Assembly (NCBI GenBank): GCA_964234715.1
Contig: OZ174280.1
DNA length: 64,000 nt
Direction: 5' to 3' (one strand)
DNA from: Podarcis melisellensis
Taxonomy: Eukaryota
Shown here: one piece after another, positions 49,478 to 61,774 of the stretch
How the letters are laid out: each line of letters begins with the position of its first letter
Position numbering within the stretch: the first letter of the stretch is position 1
The notes under the pieces: model-generated
Seen by the model: the letters and a program-made list of their open reading frames with translations, nothing else
What the model was told of the DNA's origin: nothing
The model's database searches: none
Translations under genes and position numbers: made by a program

Positions 49478-51363
49478 GAGGCTTTAAGCATCCGTTTGAT
49501 CACTTCACCCTCTGAGAAAATGCAAGAACAGGAATAAGATAAAAGATACAGTTAAGTACCGCGAAGTAATCATGTCTGATACCAGTATTTTAGCATACTC
49601 CATTTCTGATATATCAAGGGAAGTTATTTATTGTCTAACTTGCAACATCAAATCTGCAACCTACCAGCAACATTTTTTTTCTAGTCAAATAGTTGTATCT
49701 TGGCTCTCAAGTTTTACTTTTACATTATTCCAGTGCTAGGTCTGGTATGCCCATGTACATAATACCCACGTACATAAAAACATAAGAGCCTGCTGAATCA
49801 GGCCAATGGGCCATCTAGTTCAACATCCTGTTCTCACAATGGATGAACAGTACACCTATATCATGGTTATCACAATTTTGTGGAAGGGCTATTATTGACC
49901 ATGGAACTTTTAAATAACAAGTAGTCAATGTGGTGCCCTCCAGGTGTTCTTGAATTACAAGTCCCATCATTCCTGATGACTAGTACTAGTCATTCTGGCT
50001 GGGGCTGATGGAAGTTGTAGTCCAACAGCATCCTGAGGGCACATTGGCTAACACCATTTTAAAGGCACAAATTCAATAACTGTCTCATTCCCCAGCATAA
50101 GTTATTGCTACTGTGTTCTACTGTTTCTTCCAACTGCTCAAAATCACAGTTAAGGTGACTAACAGTCATAATTTAAAATTTATGAAACAAAAACTTTTGT
50201 TTAAAGCAAACAAGAGTTTGCTTTCAGAATAGAAAGATATCTATATTTGAAAATCAGCGGTGAATGATTCTACACTCCCCAAGAGTTGGTAGTCAAAACT
50301 CCATCCATCTGACCTGCTCATTTCTGCCTGCCCAAGATTTCTACTTTTTAAGATCACCATCACTTTTTATTGTGCTTCAGTGGTCTTTGGGGGCTTTGTC
50401 TATTTTGCCCAGTGAAAGAAGCACTGCACTCAAGAAAGCAAACAGTAATGCTAGTTCAAACCACAGCTCTCAGATTTCCCTCCCACCAGGTCACCAGAAC
50501 CATCCCCCACAGGTCAAATACTAGTTGGCAATCATCAGCTTAATGTGGTGAATTACCGGTATTGAAATCCTATTAAATTCATAGGTAGCCAGCAACCAAA
50601 AGATGGGCTAAAGTGGCATTTTTTTGAGCCAATTCATAATCAAAAGTGATCAGTATTAGAGGAATATTAATTTATGAGCATTTTATATAACTGGGTGGTA
50701 GGCAACATCACCCTAATTTCAAATATTAACTGCCTCAATTTTTATGACTGCCCCCTCCCAAACCCATTTAATTCAAGGTTTGGGTAGTTTGCCTACCCAT
50801 GTGCTAGTCCTTCTGGTGTTGTGCACTGCTACAACTGCCAGTATTCTTGGCATATACTTTTATTCTTATTTTTGTATACTATTGTGCTATTTCATAACCG
50901 TTTATACCTAATAATGATGATGATGATGATGATGGGGGGAAAACCTTAATAGTAGATAAAACTGCTGCGGCTCTGGATTTTTCCCAAGGCGATACACTGA
51001 AAAACACAGTTCTGAGCCATGTTTCCCCCAACCCAACCTCCGCGTCCCAGCCCCTACTGCACCTCACGGCCAGGCAGAGGGCAGGTGGGGAGACGAGGGG
51101 ACTTCACCTATTTAACGTCCACGAGGCCCACAAGCTGTGACAGAAAGAGACAGAAATGCTGATTTGCTCGTGGACACAGCTCTGTGTTTTTAAAGATGGG
51201 GGGCGGACAACTTATTTGAAAAGGGAAACACCTAGTCTAATAGACAGGCGCGGGAGCTAGTTATAAGGGAAGCGCACAGGGAACCGAAGGGGCGGAAAGG
51301 AAACGGCGGGCGACGCGGGCAGAAAAAAGCCACCCAGCTCAGGCGCAGCGGTTCCCCACCTAC

Positions 51364-51450
51364 CTCACGACTCCTCGCCAGAGCCCCCTTTTCCACGCGC
51401 CGCCAACGCACTCTCGGCGCTCGAGAGCCTGGCGCGGCGGCCAAGATGTA
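51364..51450 (-). other. STIL: Candidate STIL non-coding exon 1 (5' end approximate)
   Basis: GAG|GTAGGT donor inside a CpG island, just downstream of CCAAT boxes. Confidence 0.65.
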
Positions 51451-51700
51451 ACCGAATTCCTACCTCCTCCCTGTTGTGGCGGCTCCGATGGCGGCACGGG
51501 CGGCCAATCAGCGATCCCTCTCCCGCGAGGTCCACCCAGCCAATCGTGGCTCGCGACCCCTTCTATTAATCGCTGACATCGCGTCAATCAAAACCGTCGC
51601 ACCCGCCCAGCAGGTCTCCGTAACCAATCCAAAAGCCCTAAATGAGACTAAGGCCCGTTGCGCGCGCGCGGACCTCTTGTGGGAGGGATATTTAAAAAAA
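51450..51700 (-). promoter_or_regulatory. STIL: STIL CpG-island promoter with NF-Y CCAAT boxes
   Basis: CCAAT at 51504-51508, 51540-51544, 51624-51628; typical of cell-cycle gene promoters. Confidence 0.7.
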
Positions 51701-52599
51701 ACATGGCTTTGTTTTAAACGGTCGCAGCAAGGGAGCTATTGCGCAAGCGCAGAGTCTGAAAGTGGAAAGAGGAAGGGGCGTGATTCCTTTTGTTACCTTA
51801 GTGATAACAGATACCTAGGCTTCGAGCGGTGCTTCAGAAAGTGCTTGGGTAAACATAGTTGTGGGACGGTCTATTCAAGTCATGCTTACATATAATCTTG
51901 TATACGTTTTCTTGAAAGTAAATGCCGCTATATTTCAGGGGATTCGCCCCAGTAAGTACCTCCGAGGGTCGTTGGTAGGACTACTCGGCATGTCTTATTC
52001 AGAGCGAAGTCCATTTTCAGTGGGTAAGCGGATACAGGATGGAAGCCTAAATTCATCGCAGCAAAAACGTTATTTTGGCGCCTTAAAGACGAACAGGTTT
52101 AAGTGGCATCATCTGCAGACTGGTCTACTTTCAGCTGATATATGTCATCCCCGGTTGCAAGATGCTTCCTCTACTACACTCCCACCTGCCAACTAGAATG
52201 CACTTTAGGAAGTGGACTCTTGTCCACAAAAGCGGGAGGGGGCCACAGTGCTTCGGCTCTGTGCTGCTTTGTCTTGCCCTCTTCCCAAACAATGCCAGCA
52301 TAGTAGCATTTCTGCTGCCAAAAGTTTGCAAGCAATCGCAGAAAGGACAGAGACCTACAAGAAGCTCCTTTCGGGCGCGTATCGCATGCAAAAATCCATA
52401 TATACTTCCGAACGAGAATAGGTATTTATAGATGTCTATCGCTGTGTGTGTATATGTATATGTGTGCGTGCGTACACACATACGCGTTTCTTTGTTTCTT
52501 TTTTAGTTGCTCCTGAAAGTGTCCCCTCCAAATCCAAGTAGGATCCCTCCTAGACAAGGCTACCCGCCCGACGTCTAAAACAGCCTCTCCTCCGGAGCC

Positions 52600-52760
52600 C
52601 TTCAAGGGGCGCCGCGCGGGCACAATCGCGTAGCCCCGCCCTCTCCCTTGGCCCCGCCCCTCCCTGCCCGCCATGTCGCCCCTCCCCCAGCAGCAGCAGC
52701 AGCGAGAGTGACCGGGCGGGAACCCGGAAGCGCTTTCCCTTCCCGGTGACACCTCAGCAG
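52600..52760 (+). promoter_or_regulatory. CMPK1: CMPK1 CpG-island promoter (GC boxes, ETS-type CCGGAAG)
   Basis: GCCCCGCCC at 52633 and 52651; CCGGAAG near 52724. Confidence 0.7.
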
Positions 52761-52833
52761 CCACCTCAGCCGGAGGAGTGAGGTGGCGTCGGGACAGTTA
52801 GCGAGCTCACCATCGGCGCTTCTCCCCCGGCGT

Positions 52834-53028
52834 ATGTTCTGTCGCTGCCTCTTGGCTTCCGCGGCTCGTGTCGGTCCCTCGGCTCCTCGGCTGGGCGCGG
52901 CGGCGGCGGCGTCCTTGGCTTCTTCCGCCCCTTCCCCTCGCTTGCTGCTCCTCATGAAGCCGGTGGTCGTGTTCGTTCTCGGCGGGCCTGGCGCCGGAAA
53001 GGGGACCCAGTGCGCCCGCGTTGTGGAG
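52834..53028 (+). CDS. CMPK1: CMPK1 exon 1: upstream ATG 52834, canonical ATG 52954 (MKPVVVFVLGGPGAGKGTQC)
   Basis: P-loop GGPGAGKGT; GAG|GTAAGG donor. Confidence 0.95.
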
Positions 53029-54291
53029 GTAAGGGACGGAAAGGGCACCTCGTCTCTTCTCCCTCTTTCTTCCCTCCGCGATAGAACTACCATGCCTAGC
53101 AAGCAGCGCGCCCGTAGAAGCGCCCTAGTCCCTGTCAACCGGCGCCCAGAGGATGATGGGGGTTGTAGTTGTGACCGACTTGGCTTGTGGCCCTCGAGAT
53201 TCTCAAATGGTTTGGACCCGACTTGATACCGGTGGGATCAAATATGCTACGAGTCTGGTGTTGAGGCTCGGAGCTAGAAATAGCAGTTGCACGGTAAGCA
53301 GGGCAACGGATCTTATAAGATACACGTGATAATAAAAGAATATTTTCTTTTCAACAGAAAAAAATAGATAAGCAAAAGCTGTAGACGTGTCAGGGATGCT
53401 TCAGGGGAAGGTATTCCACAGTCAGGCACAGAAAAGGACCGATCCTCAGTAACTAAGCAGGTGCTTATGGAAGGCGGTGGTGGTTATATTGCGGGCTAGA
53501 AAAAGCTTGGGTTCAATGCTCATCTAAACCTCTGGCGTGATTGTTTCTGTTAGTAACTTATGAAGATCTTATGTTTGGAGGTTAAAGGGGGGGGAGCAAT
53601 TTTGTGACCTTTGCATTCATTCTTTAACTGGGGAATGGTTTGAGCTATTCAACTCTCATGGCTTCTAACTAATTGAAAGAATCTTCATAATCAATAAACT
53701 GCTGGTCTTAAGATTCATTGGGAGATGCTGTTGGGTTTAAACTGACTTCTGTTTGTAATATAAGTATGCCCCTAAGTTCTAGACACTCGCATCAAAACCA
53801 TGTCTAACTTCAAGGCTCCAATTACACGTTGAGGCAAGTACACACAGCACTTCTGCCTTAGAAAGCTTGCTGGAAAGAACCAAGGAGTGGTCTATTTAAG
53901 CCTCTCTCTCTTGAGGCAGACAGAGTTTCCTTTGCAGGATTGGAGACCACAAACATAACTTGTTAAAAATAAGAGGTGGTATGAGCCACAAATTTTCTGG
54001 CACTATATAAAATCTTAAAAGTCCAATTCATGCTGAAATCAAAAGTTGGCAACACAATTAAGTCATAAATGGTATAAATGCATGTTGAGTTATGTATTCT
54101 AATACCTTATTCCACTCTGAATATAATCTTTTCTGTGTAATCTGTGGTGATGATGACAGCATACATTGCAGCTCAGTGCTTAATCCTTCAGTTTAGCTTT
54201 CACCTTAATCAATTGAAACAAAAAATAATGGATGTTGGCACCTTCTGTTTTGGAGACCTCTGCCATTGTATTTTTGAACTTTGCACAAGTA

Positions 54292-54514
54292 CAGTGGTAT
54301 CTCGGTTTACAAACGATTCGGTTTACGAACTCCACAAAACCAGAAGTAGTGCCCTGGTTTGTGAACTTTACCTTGGTCTAAGAACGGAATCTGAACAGTG
54401 GAAGGGCACTGGTGGCGGAGGCCTCATTAGGGAAAGCACGCCTTGGTTTAAGAACAGTTTCGGTTTAAGAATGGACTTCCGGAACGGATTAAGTTGTAAA
54501 CCGAATTGCCACTG
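54292..54514. mobile_element. Tc1/pogo-type MITE
   Basis: cagtggtatctcggtttaca / tgtaaaccgaattgccactg, TA flanks; body shared with 31931-32146. Confidence 0.85.
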
Positions 54515-54962
54515 TATGTGGAATGTAGCCAAGTTTATGCTGCCAACCCCCATGTGAGCACTGTGAGTTTGACTAGTTTCTCAGTACCATTGCAGTACTA
54601 CCAATGGTAATCTTACACCACATACAGTGAGCAAAGGAAGGAATAAGGCATAGGTCACATGTCATAATGATTCTTAGTAATGACTCACAGCTTGGGTGTG
54701 GCTCCCAACTGTAAAACTGGTACTTTCATTGCGTCACTAAAATCCATTATTTGTATTGGCAAAATGCTGACCAGAAAAGATTTGTCTTACAAGGCAACCC
54801 CAGCCTTTTAAGATCCCCGTAATTGAGGATTTTGCCATCCAGTATATGAAGGAGAGAGCACAATTTTGCCCTTGTTGCAAAAGTGCCCTCAAGGGCAGTA
54901 ATTTACTTGTCTGAATAGGTATGACCAGAAAAAAACTTGGATGTATATAGGATAAAGTAAAG

Positions 54963-55098
54963 CAGGCATCCCCAACCTGCAGCCCTCCAGATGTTTTAGC
55001 CTACAACTCCCATGATCCCTAGCTAACAGGACCAGTGGTCAGGGATGATGGGAATTGTAGTCCAAAACATCTGGAGGGCTGAAGGTTGGTGATGCCTG
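54963..55098. mobile_element. Palindromic hAT-type MITE
   Basis: ~58-bp near-perfect inverted arms; 8-bp TSD AAGTAAAG at 54955-54962 and 55099-55106. Confidence 0.92.
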
Positions 55099-57201
55099 AA
55101 GTAAAGGGATTCACTTTGGAATACAATATGTTCCCTGCTTTGGGTGACATCACTATTTTGAAATAAGTGAAGCAAGGACAAGACATTCCATATACAACTA
55201 TGTCATATCTTTCATTTCAGTCCTAGCTGCATTTACAGCCCTATCGTAAATGTTGCACAAAATGTGATTACGTATATATAGGATTGTTACCTTACTTACC
55301 CAAGTACGTCATACAGTCATCACATTACAATTATCTGGGCGGTTGTAAAAATTGAGGTCCACAGTTGCATTCTCTCCAAATATAGGGAATTCTGGAAGTT
55401 GAGTAAATGGCTCTATACAGGCAGTAGGGCACATTGATTTCAGTGCAGTGCTTTCAAGAAAGTATACATAAAATTGCATCTTAAGATGTTTTTTAAAAAA
55501 GTTTAATGTATAGTACAAAGCAGTTAAGTCAGAATATGCTAACTGAGTTGTGTGTTAGATTTAAATGGGTGCCAAATAGGGATTTATTTCTGCCTGTTCT
55601 CTTCTATAGAAAATGTTTTTAGAACCATAATCCTCAACTGCACGCAGAAATTCTGCATGCCGGTGTGAGGGTTTTCAGGGTAAAACTTCTTATGAAAAGC
55701 TTTGATTTAGGTTATAGCTTCTGTAGGTAATATTTGGAATAACGGACTTAATATTTATATACAGCATTAGTCTAAAATACATAGTAAGGCTATGGAGCAC
55801 ACCACTAGGATTCTTTGAGAGATAACAGTATGCAAAATTTTGCCTTGATGTTTTACAAAGTAACATACATTTCACCGGGATTTAGGTGAATGTGTACAGT
55901 ATTCCTAACGTCGTCTTCTAGCATAACTTTATTTTAGTCTTCTGTTGGTGGAACAGGAATACAATGAAATTGTTCCTGCTTTGGCATCTGTTGGGTTGGT
56001 GTAACATCATATTGTGCTAGCCAAATTAACGTTCTAAATTCAGAGCAGCAAACAGTAATTATATAAACAAGCAGAAACTTATGGTGCAATTACACACCCA
56101 CCCACCCATCCTGCTCTTTAGCCAGGTAGCTTACAGAGCAGTAAAAGCGAGGCAAGGTAGACTCCTGCCCTCAGGCTTGCAATGTAAAAGATGCATCAGA
56201 AAAAGAAAATGGAGAGGGAGGAAGGAAGGAAGGAGAAAATAAGCAAGCTTGGATAACAATTCTAAGTTACAAGTTCCTATAATGATTAGTTAGGATGGAA
56301 GCAGTTCAGGAAGAGGAGAAACCAAAATCAACTGCTCTCTGTTGCCTTGCATCCTTTCTCTTTTTCTGCTACAGCTTGATGGAATGATTCTGTTCAGGTG
56401 ACAGTTGTATTTGAGAACACTTGTAACAAAATGATAACCTTATTTTCAGTTAATTGTTCAGAAGTTATCAATTGCTATTAACAGTTATGATTGTTGCATG
56501 CTACTTTCAAATTGAGAGGTACAGTGCTTCTGAATACTAGTCACTGGAGAGCAATGTTGGAGAGATTTACAGGCCAATTGATGCGCATCCAGTTGACACA
56601 TGACCTTGCACATGTGCATCCCCATAACCTGGAAGTGGCTGGGAAAGGGAGTGGGGCAGGCTTAATGTGTGCTTCACCAACAGCAGGGGAGTCAGGAACA
56701 CAACCCTTGTGCAAAACAGTTGTTGCCTATATTGTCCTTCCTACTGTACTTGTGGGTTAGCCACTGTGGGAAGCAGCATACTGGTTTAGATAGGTCCCTT
56801 GTCTGATCTGATGGGGCTGCCCTTATATTCCAGCTTTCCTTGGCACCTGGGTTGAAGTGTGAGTCATTTGTCCAAGTAAGCTTGCTATAAGGGAAATTCA
56901 GTGTATTTAAAAATCCTGTTGATTATGTGAAGGTGTTGAGGAAATGGAAGACATATTAACTAATAGGTTTCTGCAAAGTTGCATGGAGGAAATAACTCCA
57001 ACAAATGTTCGAGTTCTTACAAAGTTACATATTAAACTTTGGTGAGGGAGCCTAAATGAAAATGTTCTATGCATATGTGGATTGCATGTTGTCTTTTAGT
57101 GATGCATGTGGTGCATTTAAAAAGAAGAATACGTACCAATTTCATTTAAGAAGTTGCTTATACTTAATTAAAAGATACTTAAATGTATATTTTTCTTTTA
57201 G

Positions 57202-57348
57202 AAATACGGTTACACACACCTCTCAGCAGGTGACCTGCTTCGAGATGAGAGGAAGAGACCGGGCTCTCAGTATGGAGAGCTCATTGAACGTTACATTAAA
57301 GATGGAAAAATTGTTCCTGTTGAGATAACCATCAGCTTGTTAAAGAGG
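57202..57348 (+). CDS. CMPK1: CMPK1 exon 2 ([17 protein letters not shown]...[15 protein letters not shown])
   Basis: 147 nt, AG/GT. Confidence 0.98.
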
Positions 57349-58748
57349 GTAAGATTTTAATACTGTGCTGAGTATACAGTTTTCCATGGGGAGCTATTAC
57401 AAAACAAAACAAAACAGCTTACAACAAAACTTTAATGTGGTTAGATAGAAATTTGCTTTCCCTTTGTTAGTAGCTAACAAAAACATGCAAGGCCGGGGTG
57501 GGGGGAGCTTTTTCAGCCTGATTGCTGCATTCCCTTATGGGTAGTCTTCAAGGGAGGGGCACAAGCTGTTTGTGGGCGCGTCCAGAGGAAAATATGTCCA
57601 GAGCAATTAACGTGACTTTTAACTTTGTTGGGTAAGGTACGTTTAGACATGTGAAAGTCAGAAGTTTCTAAGCACATCTCTCCATCCCAACAAGCAAGAG
57701 ATGACATCATGGTTCAAGGACATTCCAGTCAGGCAAAAGAACTCTCAAGGGGTGTGTGGAGCGGAACTAATAATAAGAAGAGGCCCAAGTGCCAGGCAGA
57801 GAGGCCTGGAGGGCTACATTCAGGCTCCAGGCCTGAGATTTCCCACCGCTGTGCAAGACAGATAGATGAATTACTTTTGTACCTGTATGTTTTTAATAAA
57901 AAACAATGCTTTTCTCTTTAGGGTTGCTAGAACCCTATGTGGAACAGAAACCAGTAGATATTTGGTCTTTATGAATGCACTGATCCATTGAGGCTTCCTT
58001 CTATATTATTGCACTTTATGTGTTGTCTACATGCAAGACAAACGTTTGCTATTGTGATAAGAATATATAGAAGAGTATTGGTTATGTGAATGCACAGCCG
58101 GTTATGTCTTGTGTGTTTGTGAAGCCCAGAGATAGGCAAATCACTCATCTACGAAGGATGCTTTTTATTAATAAATTCTGTACTCCGTTGCTGCAAGTAA
58201 TTGGACTACATGGGCTATATATTTAGGATTCATTTGGCTAGAGCATGATGCTGATAATGTCAAGGTTGCAGGGTCGTTCCCTGTAAGGGACAGCTGAATT
58301 TACCTGTATTGCAGGGGTATTGCAGAGTCCCAATTCTGTGATTGGATCCAGAGTTGCCATTCTGTGAATGGAAGTGGCTGAGATCCTGCAAGGACTCCCT
58401 TTGGAGAAAAGAAAGGGAGAAGCAATTCTCTTTCATTCCTCTTGTAGCTCTCACTGCCATCTCCTATTCTGATCTATGAAATTCTCCACCTTTCAGAACA
58501 TCTTCTCTCCAAGCTGCAGAGTGAACAAGGAATGAGTGAAAACTGTCTCTCCCCTGTTTCCTTCTGTGTGAATGTCCCATCTATTTTATTTTTGTGGTAG
58601 ACATTTGTTCATTTAAATGCTTTTCCAGTTGTGCCATAAGTATATTGATATTAAGAAAGTATGGAATTAACTTTAAGGTTGCAAGAAATGTATTTGGTAC
58701 ACTTGTAACAGTTCACATGAAAAGCACATGTGTATTTGTAGTACAGGG

Positions 58749-58923
58749 CAGTGGCAGTGGCGTAGCGTGGGGGTGCAGGGGGGCCGGCCGCACCAGGCGC
58801 AACATCTGGCGGGGGGGCGCGCGCTCGCACTCGCAGCTCTCTGCCCCTACCTGGTTCACTCACTCTCTCTCAGTGCTGTCACAGATTTCGCCCCGGGTGC
58901 TGACAACCCACGCTACGCCACTG
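58749..58923. mobile_element. Young hAT-type MITE
   Basis: TIR CAGTGGCGTAGCGTGGG / CCCACGCTACGCCACTG; 8-bp TSD GTACAGGG at 58741-58748 and 58924-58931. Confidence 0.9.
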
Positions 58924-59006
58924 GTACAGGGGGATTATTACTTAGATGTCACAATACCGTGCTTGTAGAAAATCATGTTTAATATAAGCTCTCTGTTACC
59001 CATCAG

Positions 59007-59159
59007 GCTATGGATGAAACTATGGAAGCCAATGCACAGAAGAATAAATTCTTAATTGATGGATTTCCCAGAAATGAAGACAATCTTCAGGGCTGGAACA
59101 AAACCATGGATGGAAAAGCAGATGTATTGTTTGTTCTCTTTTTTGATTGTGACAATGAG
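59007..59159 (+). CDS. CMPK1: CMPK1 exon 3 (FLIDGFPRNEDNLQGW...FFDCDNE)
   Basis: 153 nt; NMP kinase DGFPR signature. Confidence 0.98.
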
Positions 59160-60025
59160 GTAATCACAATATCAAGACACTTGCAACTTTCCTCTGTGCT
59201 GTATGAAGAGAGACAATGAAAAATGTTCTATTGTTCCATTTCTCTTTTCCCTTCTATATATTTTGATACTAATTACAGTATGTGTTAATTGGTTCCTTCC
59301 CACAATAAGCCTAGATAATTTTGTGGCAAAATTGTCTTGCAATTACAATTAACTGACATGGTGGAAAAAAGTTCTATTGAACTGTCCCATAGCAGAAAGA
59401 AGTATTGGTTGCCAGAGCGCAATTAGAATTGTAGAAAGTGGGAGATATCTTTTTTTCTTTTGCTTCCAGCAGTGAAGAAGTCTTTGCGAGCACTGATATT
59501 CTACAGTATTCAGGCAAAATTAATTCTTATACCAACCACCTCTTTCCCGCAGTTCTGTCATCTTGAAAAATCACTTTGTCCTTTGCATTAGATAGGGTAT
59601 TCTCTTTAGGAAATAAAAGACTGCATACATTCTTGAATGCTGTACATAAACGATAGTTCAGTATATGTGTTGTATTACAATGAATGTACAATGAATTTCA
59701 GTGGATAATTAGACTTCAAGGGCTTTTACCACAATATGCTAGGTCTGTTTTGGAGATGCCTTTCTGTTCTAGTGATTGTGAAATGTTAGATTTCACGTGG
59801 CTGGAATAAGGTCTAAGTTCGTATTTCACTTAAAAGTTTCCAAAAGTGGTGTTATCAATATACAGCATAAGTAATTGAAGGTAAGCTGAATATATTCATG
59901 CAAAATGTTTGATATATAGCTTTAGTCTTGTACCTTAAAAAACCCAAGTATTTTGTTTACTTTTTCTGGCTTCATGTTTTGATAGTGGCTTCATGTTTCA
60001 ATAACCCTTTTATTTTTCTTTGAAG

Positions 60026-60102
60026 GTATGTATTAACCGTTGCCTTGAAAGAGGAAAGAGCAGTGGCAGAAGTGATGACAACAGAGAAAGTCTGGAAAAG
60101 AG
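60026..60102 (+). CDS. CMPK1: CMPK1 exon 4 (VCINRCLERGKSSGRSDDNRESLEKR)
   Basis: 77 nt; LID region. Confidence 0.97.
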
Positions 60103-60186
60103 GTACTGTGTCTATGCATAATTTCTGTGTTAGACTTCCTGATGCTTTTCAATTTCATGACTTTGTTGTATCTTTCTTTCCCTTAG

Positions 60187-60283
60187 AATCCATACGTATT
60201 TAGAGTCTACCAAGCCCATAATAGACCTCTATGAGAAAATGGGCAAAGTTAGGAAAGTAGATGCCTCTAAATCTGTTGATGAG
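60187..60283 (+). CDS. CMPK1: CMPK1 exon 5 (IHTYLESTKPIIDLYEKMGKVRKVDASKSVDE)
   Basis: 97 nt, after an 84-nt intron. Confidence 0.97.
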
Positions 60284-61732
60284 GTAAGTTGTGAAGAGAG
60301 AAGGTTTGGTTTTGAATTTCTTTACATGACCTATTAACCACACACAAGCGCCAGGATTTTCTTAGGGCTCAAATATCCCAACTCTTCATTGCATTTTAAA
60401 TTATCTTCTTTCTCTTACATGGGGAAGATACCAGGTAAATCTGCAGCCAGCGTTAAAACAGAAATGTCTTAACAGTTAAGCAATTTACACCTATTTTCAG
60501 ATCATCAATTCAAAACAGCTACCCAGATCCCAGTCACAAGCATGGCTGCACATAAGATTGAAGGTGTGCAGGGGGTTTCTTCAGGGCACCATGCGTACAG
60601 GAATAGGGCATGGATCCAAGTGCTGTGTACTTCATCCTACAATTGGCATGCCCTTATTGTCTAAGACAGGATTGGCACTGTGGTTGGCACAGTGAGGCAG
60701 AGCTGCAGCAATAGCATTAGCATTGCTTCTACTTACCAAGAGGGGGAGCACTGAGGTGGCACTGAGATTGGAATTTTGGGAGCACATTGACATGAGCTCT
60801 GGATTCTCTGCCAGTGTGACCTCCCTTGCCACTTTGCCTTCCTCTTCTTGTTATGTGTTAGTGACTTGGCTGCCAAATCCTGAGCTTGCACTCCAGGGAT
60901 CACACTATAAATTTGATTGCCAGGATTGGAAGCTCCTTGAGACCCTCCATTATAGTTTCTGATTTTTGTACTGCAGATGACATTCAAATGTTCAAATCAG
61001 TGCAACCAAAAATTATTATCAAGGGGACAATCTATATAGTGAAGACAGGCAGTTGAAATACAACTATGGCATTCTGTCAGGAGAACAGACACCATTAGTT
61101 TCCTTCTATCCCCTGAAATCCTCTATGCACCCCCAAAATCTGCAAAAGATTTGGGACCCTTGAGCAGATAAGTAGGAGAGGGGCAGAAGTCCCATTGTGT
61201 GAGTGGAAGTTTTCTTGTGCATCACAGTATCATCCACAGGCCTCACATTAACTTCAATGACAGATATATCAGTTAGAAAATACTGATTTCACTGTCAATC
61301 CCGTCCCTTCTGTGTTTCATTGACTACCTGACTTCCAAGCTGCCTCCATCACTGCTCTAAAACGTTTACATCTGTTTTCACCTCTAATTGCCTTAGGCTG
61401 GGTGCTACATGTGCATGGTGGTAGATTGTAACTTGAATAGGCCTGTTGAACATAGTGATTATAAGAAACTCACAGTTCCATCCCTTTTAAGGCTCTGAAC
61501 ACTTTGTGTTAGTGTTTGTCCTGCCTTTTTATGCTATGAATGTGTTTTTAGCTTTTACTCTCTTTTAGATTTATGTTTTAATGTGCAGTGTGTGCTTTTT
61601 TGATACATCACTTGAGTTTATTTTTTCATTTTAAAAAAGCTAATAAGTGCAATAAATAATTGTTTGCAGTATTCATGAAACGTGCTTGTTGGTATAATGT
61701 AGAAAAATTATGTAATGTCTTTTCTTTTGCAG

Positions 61733-61774
61733 GTTTTTGGCAAAGTTGTGAAGATCTTTGATAAAGAAGGCTAG
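61733..61774 (+). CDS. CMPK1: CMPK1 exon 6 (VFGKVVKIFDKEG*)
   Basis: ttttgcag| acceptor, TAG at 61772-61774; 196 aa from ATG 52954. AT-rich 3' UTR follows. Confidence 0.97.
   Translation, partial: VFGKVVKIFDKEG

Noticed and set aside
50900-51360. Cryptic RAG signals equivalent to human SIL-TAL1 deletion breakpoints
   Set aside because: Only partial CACAG matches; I found no convincing heptamer plus nonamer.
52783-52833. Further CMPK1 extension from the GTG at 52783
   Set aside because: Non-AUG start in GC-rich sequence with no independent support.
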